DNA of 64,000 nt from an uncultured delta proteobacterium. GTDB lineage: Bacteria > Desulfobacterota > Desulfobaccia > Desulfobaccales > 0-14-0-80-60-11. The position numbers and the translations under genes are program-made. The stretch is taken from positions 1,216,001 through 1,280,000 of the forward strand of contig CAWETI010000002.1 in the NCBI GenBank assembly GCA_963812015.1, written 5' to 3'. This document shows, one piece after another, positions 29,484 through 40,289 of the stretch (within the stretch, counting starts at the first letter, position 1; every line of letters starts with the position of its first letter). Under the pieces are notes generated by a model. It was not told where the DNA came from and searched no databases. It saw only the letters and a list, made by a program, of their open reading frames with translations.

Positions 29484-30398
29484 ATGTGGCAACAGACCTT
29501 GGCGCAGCCTTTGACGTTTTCCGGAATCGGCCTTCACCTGGGCCAGCCGGTAAAGGTCACGATCAATCCGGCTGCCGCCAACCACGGCTTGCGGTTCGTG
29601 CGGGCGGACCTGCCAGGCCAGCCGGAGATCCTGGCCCATTACAGCAAAGTGGTGGACACCCTCCGGGCCACCACGCTGGGAGAGGGACGGGCTACACTCT
29701 CGACGGTGGAGCACCTGCTGGCCGCCCTGCGGGGCGCCGGGGTGGATAATGCCCGCATTGCGGTGGAGGGAGCCGAGGTTCCCATCATGGATGGGAGCGC
29801 CGCTCCCTTCGCCGTGCTTTTGGCCGAGGCCGGCCTTCGGACGCTGCCCTGGCCCCGGGCTTACCTCCGGGTCCAGCGCCCGGTGGAAGTGCGGGAGGGC
29901 GAGCAGTGGATTCGGGTCGTGCCCGGCGAGCCTCGGATTACCTACACCATCGATTTCAACCACCCGCTGATCCGGCGCCAGCGTTACACCGTGCCGATGG
30001 GCTCCGGGTCTTTTGAGCGGGAGATCGCCCCGGCCCGCACCTTCGGCTTCTTAAAGGAAGTCCAGTATCTCCAGACCCGCGGCCTGGCCCTGGGGGGCTC
30101 CCTGGACAACGCCGTGGTGTTGGATGATTTTGGGGTTCTGAACCCCGGCGGCTTCCGTTTTCCGGAAGAGTGCGTGCGCCACAAGATTTTGGACGCGGTG
30201 GGCGACTTGGCCCTGTTGGGCCTGCGTCTGTACGGCCGCCTGGAAGTGAGCCGGGGCAGCCATGAATTGCATTGCCGGTTTTTGCAGCACCTGATGGGCC
30301 AGGAAGCGGCGTGGCGCATCTGGGTGCCGTCGCCCCGCAACCGGGATAAACAATCATCCTGGTTCCAGCCCAATTTATGGGAGGGGGCGCCCGCCTAA
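29484..30398 (+). CDS. lpxC: UDP-3-O-acyl-GlcNAc deacetylase
   Basis: GIGLHLG, TVEHLLAAL, PIMDGSA, ARTFGF, HKILDAVGDL. Confidence 0.95.
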   Translation: MWQQTLAQPLTFSGIGLHLGQPVKVTINPAAANHGLRFVRADLPGQPEILAHYSKVVDTLRATTLGEGRATLSTVEHLLAALRGAGVDNARIAVEGAEVPIMDGSAAPFAVLLAEAGLRTLPWPRAYLRVQRPVEVREGEQWIRVVPGEPRITYTIDFNHPLIRRQRYTVPMGSGSFEREIAPARTFGFLKEVQYLQTRGLALGGSLDNAVVLDDFGVLNPGGFRFPEECVRHKILDAVGDLALLGLRLYGRLEVSRGSHELHCRFLQHLMGQEAAWRIWVPSPRNRDKQSSWFQPNLWEGAPA

Positions 30399-30434
30399 GG
30401 GTTTTGGACTGTGGTTTGTGGTTATGGGGGGGGG

Positions 30435-30464
30435 AGGGCAGGCCATGGGGCCTGCCCTTTTTTT
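30435..30464 (+). terminator. Intrinsic terminator after lpxC
   Basis: AGGGCAGGCC..GGCCTGCCCT hairpin plus T-tract. Confidence 0.8.
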
Positions 30465-30541
30465 GTGTGTGAAGGAGTTTTCATACCAAGTTGCAGTCAA
30501 AGGACAATTAATGCCAAGTTGCAAGAATAAAATCCAGAATT

Positions 30542-30601
30542 GTAGGGGCGGACCCGCGTGTGCGCCCTCAACCAAGGGCGGACACATGGGTCCGCCCCTA
30601 C
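30542..30601. repeat. REP doublet (REPIN-like)
   Basis: GTAGGGGCGGACCCGCGTGTGCGCCC...GGGCGGACACATGGGTCCGCCCCTAC. Confidence 0.85.
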
Positions 30602-30780
30602 AAAACATTGCCGTTGGTTAGCGATTTTGTATTAGCGGTCAGCAAAAAGGAGGGTGAGGTATTTTCGATTGGCGGTCATCCTGTCCAGCTTTCGAGGTGT
30701 CGGTTGGACCGTACCTCCAGGCGTGGTGCGGGATGTTTTTTGAAACTGGACGCAATGTGGGATTTTGTCCGGTTATTAGT

Positions 30781-31749
30781 TCAAATATCACCGATGGCAT
30801 CGTATTCCTTAGCGACAACCTCTCGGAGATCAAGCTCCGTATAAATGACAAAAGGAATAGTAGCGAGTCCTGCAGTTAGTTCCTTAACCCTTGCTTCAAC
30901 CTTCGACTTGTCGACAGCCGGAGATATAAGAATCTCGGCTTTGGTTATGGACACGAGGTGTCGCCACCTTTCTGCATCGGCTGACGGCATTGTTTTGCTA
31001 GTTACGGTCTCAAAGTGAGCTATAATCCGAGCAATGTTTTTTAGTAACTGCACAATTCTAAAGACGACTTCTTTTCCATCCTCGTGTTGGAATATCCCAA
31101 AATATACGACTTCGTCACGCCCGTCGAACAAATTGAAATTAAGTGGGCTACCAATCGAGAATATGAATTGTCCCTCCGAAGTATTGACGTTGCTCCATCG
31201 AAGACCCTGAATTGCCAAATAGCGTGGGATCAGACCAACGGTAGCAATTGAGCTTAGTCCGAGCATTGCAGCTTTGTCGTTGATCCATTTATCAAGCTTC
31301 GGTTTGATCAAATTCGGTCTCTGAACATTGAAACTATCATAAAGTCGGCCAATCAGGTCTGATGGCAAAGTCGTAAGCGTCGAATCTTTTAGGAGACACA
31401 CCGGCTTGCCAAGCGCGAGCATATACCCTACTTCAAGTGACACATTAGGATTGAATTCATTCGTGGTAAGTCTCTCGAAAACCGCAATCCCAAAACCACA
31501 GCCATGCATGTATGTTCGGACGTTAGGCCACAAATCATCCGCATAACGCTTATCGTCGGCGCGCAGTCCGATGATTCCTTGTTTTTCACACCAGCTGCGG
31601 ACAGCTTGCAGAATTTTCTTATGAAGCTCCGTATCGTCAAACCGCATCATCACAAACGCGCACTTCCCCGGTTCACGATGATCTGTCCGAAAATTCTGCA
31701 AGCATGAAACGATGTCAGGCGGATCAATATTTGTCATTGAATTCCTCAT
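30781..31749 (-). CDS. Nucleoside 2-deoxyribosyltransferase/TIR-like domain protein with unknown C-terminal domain
   Basis: AFVMMRF, RADD, NPNVSLEVGYMLALGKPVCLL, LPSDLIG; AT-rich. Confidence 0.7.
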   Translation of the reverse strand: MRNSMTNIDPPDIVSCLQNFRTDHREPGKCAFVMMRFDDTELHKKILQAVRSWCEKQGIIGLRADDKRYADDLWPNVRTYMHGCGFGIAVFERLTTNEFNPNVSLEVGYMLALGKPVCLLKDSTLTTLPSDLIGRLYDSFNVQRPNLIKPKLDKWINDKAAMLGLSSIATVGLIPRYLAIQGLRWSNVNTSEGQFIFSIGSPLNFNLFDGRDEVVYFGIFQHEDGKEVVFRIVQLLKNIARIIAHFETVTSKTMPSADAERWRHLVSITKAEILISPAVDKSKVEARVKELTAGLATIPFVIYTELDLREVVAKEYDAIGDI

Positions 31750-31873
31750 CCTCCACGATTTTCATGGTTCTCTGTTTTTTATAAATGGACAAATTAGCAC
31801 GAATTGTCCAATTCTACAAAGAAAGGTAAAGCGAGCATTGGCCGTGATCCGCCAAAACATAGCTAAGGAGCCC

Positions 31874-32534
31874 GTAGGGCGGGAAAGCGAAGCGCATCCC
31901 GCCATTAGCATTATTCCATCTATAGACTTCGAACGTTATCATCTGCCGCCCATTCAAGGTCATAAATACCGCGTTGCACGTATCGGTAAAAGCTTGAATA
32001 CGGCCAATCTGCGACCCTCGTAACATGACCGTGCTTCACCGGATTGTAGTGAAGGTAATCTGCATGACGCTCATAGTCACCTTCATCACGGATGACGTGT
32101 TCCCAAAAGCGTCGCTGCCAAATGGCTCGCTCTCCCTTCTTCAAACGCCGTGCTGAAAGTCTTTCCCCTGTGGAAATTTGTGCTGCAAATCGTGCCTTGA
32201 TATCATGCCATCGGGTGGAAAAATCCGCATCCCCGGATGGCAAAGTCCAGATGCAATGCAGGTGATCGGGCAAAATAACGATGGCCTCGATGGTGAATGG
32301 ACTGCGTCGGCGGGCCGCCTTGAAAACCTCCCGAAGATTCTCAATGTTTTCGGTCAAGAGTTTCCGGCGACGTTCCAGCAGCGTGACCGTGAAAAAGAAC
32401 GTGCCGCCAGGAACAAAGGCGCGAATATATTGCGGCATAAGTTAGGTCTCACCTACTTGCCGAAGGCGGGATGCGTTTCACTTTCCCGCACTAAGGCTAC
32501 AAAAGGCGGGATGCGCTTCGCTTTCCCGCCCTAC
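31874..32534 (-). mobile_element. RAYT unit bounded by inverted REPs
   Basis: REP GTAGGGCGGGAAAGCGAAGCGCATCCCGCC at 31874..31903; inverted copies at 32465..32494 (degenerate) and 32505..32534. Confidence 0.85.
31920..32438 (-). CDS. REP-associated tyrosine transposase (RAYT, HUH Y1)
   Basis: GGTFFFTV, LPDHLHCIW (HUH), WQRRFWEH, DYLHYNPVKHG, DWPYSSF. Confidence 0.95.
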   Translation of the reverse strand: MPQYIRAFVPGGTFFFTVTLLERRRKLLTENIENLREVFKAARRRSPFTIEAIVILPDHLHCIWTLPSGDADFSTRWHDIKARFAAQISTGERLSARRLKKGERAIWQRRFWEHVIRDEGDYERHADYLHYNPVKHGHVTRVADWPYSSFYRYVQRGIYDLEWAADDNVRSL

Positions 32535-32692
32535 GGCAAAAAGATAGAGGCGTTAAGTTTACAAAATAATTATACAATTAAAATCCCCCGCAGCAAACTC
32601 ACTGTTATTTATGCGCAATCCGCGACTCGATAAGTAATATATTGATATCTATCAGATAGATAACAAAATTTGGAAACTAGAAGTAATCGGTA

Positions 32693-34241
<1,549 letters not shown>

Positions 34242-34444
34242 TTTCAAGGGCTTCGTCGGAAAGAGTCAAAATCTCCAATTTTTGCTAAGATTTGGGAAAA
34301 AGACCTGAAGGTCTCGAAAACTTTTTTGCCTCTCTCTATCGTCATCATACTTTTGGGAGGTAAGATTGCAAATCTTAGAAGCACGGGTAATGATGATGGT
34401 GGGCAATGCCCACCCTACATTTTTCCGCGACCACTGACTACTGA

Positions 34445-35494
34445 CTACCTTATCCGTGCTTCGATCCAGCCGCCGCCCAGGAGCCGGTCGCCGTCATAGA
34501 AGGCCACGGCCTGGCCCGGGGCCACGGCCGGCTGGGGGGAGGCAAAGATCACCTGGACCCCGTGGGGGCCCGGGGGAGAAATCCGGGACAGCACCCCGGG
34601 GTGGCGGTAGCGGATCATCGCCAGAGCCTCCAGTTCCCCGGTGGGCGGGTCGATGAGCCAGTTCATTTGGGAGGCCATAAGTCCCGAGCAGAAGAGTTCC
34701 GGCCGATGGCCCAGGACCACGCGGTTCAGTTCGGGCTGGATATCGACCACGTAATAAGGCTCCCGGGCCGGGAGACCCAGCCCCCGGCGCTGTCCCACCG
34801 TATAACCTTCCAGGCCGTGGTGCCGACCCAGGAAGCGCCCCCCGGGGTCCACGAAATCGCCGGGAGGTCCGGAAAAGCCCCGACGGGTCCGGAGGAATTC
34901 CTGGTAGCCGCCCTTAGGGATGAAACACAACTCCATGCTCTCCGGTTCGTGGCCCCGGACGGGCAATCCCACCTCGCCATAGACCCTCCGCACCTCATCT
35001 TTGGTTATCCGCCCCAGGGGGAAGAGAAGATTGGGCAGCAGGCTCCGGGGCAGACGGCTGAGGAAATAGGACTGATCCTTGCGGCGGTCCACGCCCCGGA
35101 ACAGACCCGGGGCGCCATCGCCGGCCGGGTTAAGCCGGGCGTAATGGCCGGTGGCCAGGTGGGTGAAGCCCTCTTCCTTAAGATACTCCCACAGGCGCCC
35201 GAACTTGATGGCCGCGTTGCACCGGACGCAGGGGTTGGGGGTGCGGCCCCGGCCATACTCGGAGACAAAATAATCCAACACCTCTTGGGCGAATTTTTGT
35301 TGGAGGTCGATCACCTGCAGGGGAATATCCAGGCATTGGGCCAGGGCTTCAACCCGGTCTGGCGGCGGAGCCTGAGGAGACAGGCGCAGGTGGACGGCCT
35401 GGAGGTTGCAGCCCCGGCGGCGCAAGAGGGCGGCGGCCACGGCGCTGTCCACCCCGCCGGACAGGGCTATGGCTACCTTGGGGTGGAGAGACAT
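34445..35494 (-). CDS. mnmA: tRNA 2-thiouridylase
   Basis: SGGVDS, TPNPCVRCN, ATGHYA, KDQSYFL, TVGQRRGL, PGQAV. Confidence 0.96.
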   Translation of the reverse strand: MSLHPKVAIALSGGVDSAVAAALLRRRGCNLQAVHLRLSPQAPPPDRVEALAQCLDIPLQVIDLQQKFAQEVLDYFVSEYGRGRTPNPCVRCNAAIKFGRLWEYLKEEGFTHLATGHYARLNPAGDGAPGLFRGVDRRKDQSYFLSRLPRSLLPNLLFPLGRITKDEVRRVYGEVGLPVRGHEPESMELCFIPKGGYQEFLRTRRGFSGPPGDFVDPGGRFLGRHHGLEGYTVGQRRGLGLPAREPYYVVDIQPELNRVVLGHRPELFCSGLMASQMNWLIDPPTGELEALAMIRYRHPGVLSRISPPGPHGVQVIFASPQPAVAPGQAVAFYDGDRLLGGGWIEARIR

Positions 35495-35627
35495 TGCAGT
35501 AGATGTTTAGCGATAAAGAGAATGTCCACAAATCGACTCACAGCGTTAATTATATAATTTATTGATATGGTTGGGGATATTAATTGTCAGGCGGAAGGCA
35601 GCTTTTTTAGTTCAAGATTCAAAACAT

Positions 35628-35984
35628 TTACTGGCTGGGGCCGGGGCTAAAGGCTGGACCTTCCATGAAGTTCAGGGCCACCCCCGCCGGGGAACCGTCG
35701 GGTCCCGGGGGCTCGAAGCGAACTACCTCGCCGGTGGCTTGCAGGTGGGAGATGTTGGCGTCTTCCAGATAGGGCAGGGGGGCGAAAATGGTCAGGGAGA
35801 GGATTTGACCCAGTTGGAAGGAGATGCCCGGGTCCACATAAAAATAGGCCCCGCCCAGGCTGATGTCCCGGAGGACGCCTCGCCCCTTAAAGGGGGTGTC
35901 GGTATCGGGGTGGCGGGTATGGTACTCCACCGGCAGGGAGACCATGATGCGGTTAAACCGTCTTCTTTCCAGCGGGAAGGTCAT
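35628..35984 (-). CDS. Stand-alone PilZ-domain (c-di-GMP-binding) protein
   Basis: ERRRFNR (RxxxR) and DISLGG (DxSxxG). Confidence 0.88.
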   Translation of the reverse strand: MTFPLERRRFNRIMVSLPVEYHTRHPDTDTPFKGRGVLRDISLGGAYFYVDPGISFQLGQILSLTIFAPLPYLEDANISHLQATGEVVRFEPPGPDGSPAGVALNFMEGPAFSPGPSQ

Positions 35985-36035
35985 TAACCAGCCTTGAGAG
36001 AACTTTAACAAAAATCAGAAATGTCATAGTTTTCT

Positions 36036-36052
36036 TGCAGAGGTTGTGCCAA
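36036..36052 (-). promoter_or_regulatory. Sigma54 promoter candidate for the PilZ gene
   Basis: TTGGCACAACCTCTGCA (GG-N10-GC). Confidence 0.7.
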
Positions 36053-36105
36053 TTACTCAAGAGAGTCGGACCAAAATCGGTCCGGCAGCTTCGGCCAGAT
36101 AATCC

Positions 36106-36134
36106 TTGACGGGGCTAAGCCTATACTTTATCAT
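36106..36134 (+). promoter_or_regulatory. Sigma70-type promoter candidate for the ParA-like gene
   Basis: TTGACG-N17-TATCAT. Confidence 0.55.
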
Positions 36135-36185
36135 ACTAAAAAAATTACTAAAAAGTGCCGTGAGCACCCGGCTCCACTACCTATC

Positions 36186-37004
36186 ATGTCCCATATCGTG
36201 GCCATCATCAACCAGAAGGGAGGTACGGGCAAAACCACTACCACCCTTAACCTGGGGGCCGCCCTGGCCTACCAGGGATACCGCACCCTGATTGTCGATC
36301 TGGACCCCCAGGGGCACACCAGTATCGGCATCGGCATCGAGCCTGACGCCATCACCAGTTCCATGGCGGACATCCTCATCGTTCCGAAAAAGCCCATTAC
36401 TGATGTGGTGATGTCCACTTACATCCTGGGGTTGGATATTGTGCCGGCCCATATCCATTTGGCCCGGGCGGCGGAGCAGGTCTATACCCGGGTCTACCGG
36501 GAAGCGATTCTGGCCAATGCCCTGAAGGGGATTGATTATGACTTTGTGCTCATCGACTGCCCGCCCTCTCTGGGGGTCCTGACCACCAATTCCCTCTACG
36601 CCTGCGACTTCATCGTCATTCCCTGCCAGATCTCCCGCTATTCCCTGGATGGCCTGGCGGACTTGCTCACCACGGTGGAGACCGTGAAGAACCTGTCCCT
36701 GGAGGATCTTTTTCAGGAAGATCTCTTCCGCATTCTGCTAACCATGTATGACAAACGCAATAGCGTCACGAATGAGTACATTTTAGAGCAGTTGAAACCG
36801 TATCGGGACAAAACGTTCTCGACGATCATCATGAAAAATGAGGCCTTGAACCAGGCCCAGATAGCTCAGAAAGCGATTTTCGATTACGAACCCAAGTCGT
36901 CCGGGTCCGCAGATTATTTACAACTCGGCCTTGAATTTCTGGAAATATGGCGAAAAAGAAACAGTTTGCCGGCAAGAAGACCAAGCTTGCGCGGCTGCCG
37001 CTAA
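36186..37004 (+). CDS. ParA/Soj-family ATPase (orphan)
   Basis: NQKGGTGKTT deviant Walker A, DLDPQG, IDCPPSLG. Confidence 0.93.
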   Translation: MSHIVAIINQKGGTGKTTTTLNLGAALAYQGYRTLIVDLDPQGHTSIGIGIEPDAITSSMADILIVPKKPITDVVMSTYILGLDIVPAHIHLARAAEQVYTRVYREAILANALKGIDYDFVLIDCPPSLGVLTTNSLYACDFIVIPCQISRYSLDGLADLLTTVETVKNLSLEDLFQEDLFRILLTMYDKRNSVTNEYILEQLKPYRDKTFSTIIMKNEALNQAQIAQKAIFDYEPKSSGSADYLQLGLEFLEIWRKRNSLPARRPSLRGCR

Positions 37005-37327
37005 CCCAGGCGTTGGCCAACCATGCCGAGGAGGGGGCGCTGTGGTCGCCGCCTCCGACTCCCCCTTTATCTGTACCTACCCAATTTCCCCTGACGTGGG
37101 ATGAGGTCAGCGCCGGCCGCGGGGAACCGCTGGCGGCGGCGTTCCTCGCCCTGGTCCGGGAACTGGCGGAACTCCAGGGGGACTTGCACTCTCCCCCGGA
37201 GCCCCCGGCGGTAAATCATCGGACTTTCCTGCCCGACCGGGTTCCCCAGGCGCCTCGGATCATGCACGCCCTGCACCAGGCCCGGCAAAGCCTCCTGGAC
37301 CTGCAGAGTCTTTTGTCCCGCCGTTAG
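36947..37327 (+). CDS. Hypothetical ParA-associated protein
   Basis: Overlaps ParA 3' end; Lys-rich N-terminus, Pro-rich linkers, two amphipathic-looking helices. Confidence 0.6.
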   Translation: MAKKKQFAGKKTKLARLPLTQALANHAEEGALWSPPPTPPLSVPTQFPLTWDEVSAGRGEPLAAAFLALVRELAELQGDLHSPPEPPAVNHRTFLPDRVPQAPRIMHALHQARQSLLDLQSLLSRR

Positions 37328-37479
37328 TTACGCCAGGTCTTGCTTAAAAAAAGCTTGCGTTGCCGGGGTGCCGCCAAGGCCCGGTGGATTTCTGCCCCCG
37401 GGGGATTTTTCTCTCAAAGGGGCCACGCCGGTGGCTTGCTGACCTGGGGAAACTTCAGAAACGGGGGGAGCTGGGGGAT

Positions 37480-37518
37480 AAAAAAAGGGCCAGGGGGGGT
37501 CTTGCGACTCCTGGCCCC
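37480..37518 (-). terminator. Intrinsic terminator (minus strand)
   Basis: GGGGCCAGGAG...CCCCTGGCCCTTTTTT on minus strand. Confidence 0.65.
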
Positions 37519-37625
37519 CGAAATGAGATTAATCGGAAGCAAAACTAATCGGTTTACCTACTCATCATCCAGTAGCGCCAGATAAGACGAAAAACGGGGC
37601 GGAAGGGGCGCAAAGGCCCCTAAGA

Positions 37626-38144
37626 TTACTTCGCCTTTTGCTGGGGCGCCACTGGCGACATCGGCGGGGCGCTACCGGCAGGCGCCGCAGTACCCGTCGC
37701 TGCAATCTTGGCCTCGAGTTTCTTGATGTTCTCAGCAATGATCGGCGCTATGGAGCTTTTTTCGCCCTTTTCACGCAGGGGTTTAACCGCCAGACAGCCG
37801 CCGCCAGCAAAGCAGGTTTGAGTTACCTTGTCGAAATACTCCTCAGCATGGGTGGTGGCATCTTTCAGGTTGGCCAGGGCATCATTCAGTTTGCCTTCCC
37901 GTTCCTCCAGCACCGCCATGTTGTTGAGGGCAAAGGGGTTGTAACGATCCCGCTTCACCGCGGTGGCGAATTGGCTTTTGGCAGCCTCGTATTTGCCTTC
38001 CCGGACTAAGTCATAGCCCAAGGCTATGGGGGTGAAGGAATCCATGTCCATCAAGGCGCCGCCCTTGGGCTGGGCCAGCACCGGCAGTGCCATGAACAGG
38101 CAGAGAGCCGCTATTACGGTGAAAATGAAATATTTTCGCATCAT
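37626..38144 (-). CDS. Secreted short TPR protein
   Basis: Signal peptide, GKYEAAK...ALNNMAVL TPR-like helices; SD AAGGAG. Confidence 0.8.
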   Translation of the reverse strand: MMRKYFIFTVIAALCLFMALPVLAQPKGGALMDMDSFTPIALGYDLVREGKYEAAKSQFATAVKRDRYNPFALNNMAVLEEREGKLNDALANLKDATTHAEEYFDKVTQTCFAGGGCLAVKPLREKGEKSSIAPIIAENIKKLEAKIAATGTAAPAGSAPPMSPVAPQQKAK

Positions 38145-38417
38145 ATCTCTCCTTGAAATTTTAAGACATTAAGTCAAACCCGCCCCGTTTGACCTGCATT
38201 AGATAATTAAGGATTTTTTCATCAATGTCAAGGAAAGTACTACGGTAAACCGATTTTAAGGCAGTTTTCCCTTAAAAAATTATCCATCCAGGTCCAGGCG
38301 AGATACCCGGCCCCCGCCTGGCACAAAAGTACTATTCGACTCCATGACAGAAGTACTTGAACGTTTTACTGTTCCCCGGCCTGGAACCAGGGAACCCTGG
38401 CCTTGCCCGGGCTTGCT

Positions 38418-39215
38418 TCAGCCCCGGATGCCGAAGCGTTCCCGGATCACCGGTCGCCAGCGGCGGGGGCCGTCCAGATCCAGATTCACGCTGAGGATCG
38501 CTTCGCTTTCCCCGGCCCGGAGCACGATCCAGGCGGCGAGGTCATCCCACCCCCGCACCTGCCGGGCCAGATCGGCGTTATCCGTCGGCGCCGGGGGCTG
38601 GATGGCGAAGGACCCGCCCCCTTGGAGGGCATAGTGGCGTCCGGCAATTTCGACCACGGCTGCCGCGGTATTCACTGCCACCACCGGCAGGTAATAATCA
38701 AAGGCCCGGGTCAGGGCCCCGGTTTGCCAGTGGCCCTGGAGAATGGGGAAGATGGCGGGATTGACGATGAGATCGGCCCCCGCCTCCGCCAGGCGCCGGG
38801 CCGCCTCGGGCTGACCCCAAAAATCGATGCACACCGGCAGGCCCAGGCGACCGAAGTCGGTGTCCCACACCTGCCAGTTCTCCCCGGGAACCACCCCGAA
38901 GCCCCGGCGCTCCAGGTTGCCCAGGTTGTGCTTGCGCTGGCGGCCCCACAACCGGCCCCGGCGGTCGAACAGGGTGGCGGTATTGTAGCGCTCCCCCCCG
39001 GCTTCTTCCACCAGGCCGGCGATGATATAGGCCTGGAGGCGACCCGCCGCCGCAGCCAGTTCGTCCTCGCCGCAGAAGGGGAAATATTCGGGAAAGCAGA
39101 TCAAATCCGCTCCCTGCCTCTGGCAGCCCTGGAGCAGCTTCAGGGCCCGGTCCAGATTTTCCCGGCTGTCCAGGCGAGGCGCCGGCAGGGCCTGGATGAC
39201 AATGATTTTGGCCAT
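38418..39215 (-). CDS. Carbon-nitrogen hydrolase (nitrilase superfamily)
   Basis: CFPE, RKHNL, VCID residues of the E-K-C triad. Confidence 0.88.
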   Translation of the reverse strand: MAKIIVIQALPAPRLDSRENLDRALKLLQGCQRQGADLICFPEYFPFCGEDELAAAAGRLQAYIIAGLVEEAGGERYNTATLFDRRGRLWGRQRKHNLGNLERRGFGVVPGENWQVWDTDFGRLGLPVCIDFWGQPEAARRLAEAGADLIVNPAIFPILQGHWQTGALTRAFDYYLPVVAVNTAAAVVEIAGRHYALQGGGSFAIQPPAPTDNADLARQVRGWDDLAAWIVLRAGESEAILSVNLDLDGPRRWRPVIRERFGIRG

Positions 39216-39532
39216 GTGGTTTTCCTTATCTCGATGGAGCACCTGTTGCGCACCTCCAATGTACCACCGGGACGGCCGGACCCCCAGGGTTTTATGAGGA
39301 TGGATTGCGTTCCAGGAATATCAGGCAAAAATATTCCCATTTTTTGGGAAGGTTTTCGTCGGGGCGATTCGCGCACCGCCCCGACAACGGGCTCTGGGAA
39401 TGGGAGCCGGAATTGGCAAGATATTTCCGGGACACGAGGCCAGGCCCTCCTTTAAGCCGGTAAAATTTACCTTAATGGAAAAAAATTCCGAGGAATAAAG
39501 CGGGAGAAAAATAATCAGCACCGGAGGCGAAG

Positions 39533-40093
39533 TTGCCCGACTGGCTGCATGGCTTGGGTCCCTGGCTAAAAGCCCACCCTGACTTGATCTTCCCGCTCCT
39601 GCTCAGCCTGGTCATGGCCGGCTGGGACCTCAAGACCAGATGTATTCCCAACTATCTGACCCTTGGCGGCGCCCTGGCGGGTTTGGGGGTTCAACTGGGG
39701 TATCATGGTCTTCCGGGTCTCCTGGACGGGTTAGCGGGACTGGGGCTGGGGCTTGCCTTGTTTATCGGGCCCTATGTGCTGGGGGGCATGGGCGCGGGGG
39801 ATGTCAAGGCCAGCGCGGCTCTGGGGGCCTGGCTGGGACTGCGGCCCGCCTTGGCCTTCTTCATTTATATAGGAATCTCTGGAGGGGTGATCATCCTGGT
39901 CCTCTGGCTGTGGCAGGGACGTCTCCTGGCCGGGCTTCGCCAGGGATGGCATTTCCTCCTGAACTGGTGCCTCTGCCGTCCGTTCGGCGTCAAACCGCCC
40001 CCACCTGAGTCTCTCAAGCACACCTCCATTCCCTATGGCGCGGCCGTGGCCCTGGGCATGGTCGTGCTCTGCTGGCGCCGGGGCGCCCCGTAA
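39533..40093 (+). CDS. cpaA: A24 prepilin peptidase (CpaA/TadV-like)
   Basis: WDLKTRCIPN, GGMGAGDVK, IPYGAAV. Confidence 0.88.
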   Translation: MPDWLHGLGPWLKAHPDLIFPLLLSLVMAGWDLKTRCIPNYLTLGGALAGLGVQLGYHGLPGLLDGLAGLGLGLALFIGPYVLGGMGAGDVKASAALGAWLGLRPALAFFIYIGISGGVIILVLWLWQGRLLAGLRQGWHFLLNWCLCRPFGVKPPPPESLKHTSIPYGAAVALGMVVLCWRRGAP

Positions 40094-40289
40094 GCGTCTG
40101 GCGCCGCCCTTCCCCCGCGGTGGGCTTTGCCCCTCCGGTTGCTTTTGCCACCGATCCCTGGTAAAAAAGCACAGGGTGTGATTTTTCCTTGCAGGTTTGA
40201 GGCCCTGGGGCCATCAACCTCGCGGCAGCCTATCTTGTGGCTGGCCCCGGCATCCGCATCTTCCCCGTGGCGCTTAGTGGAGAGTACTT

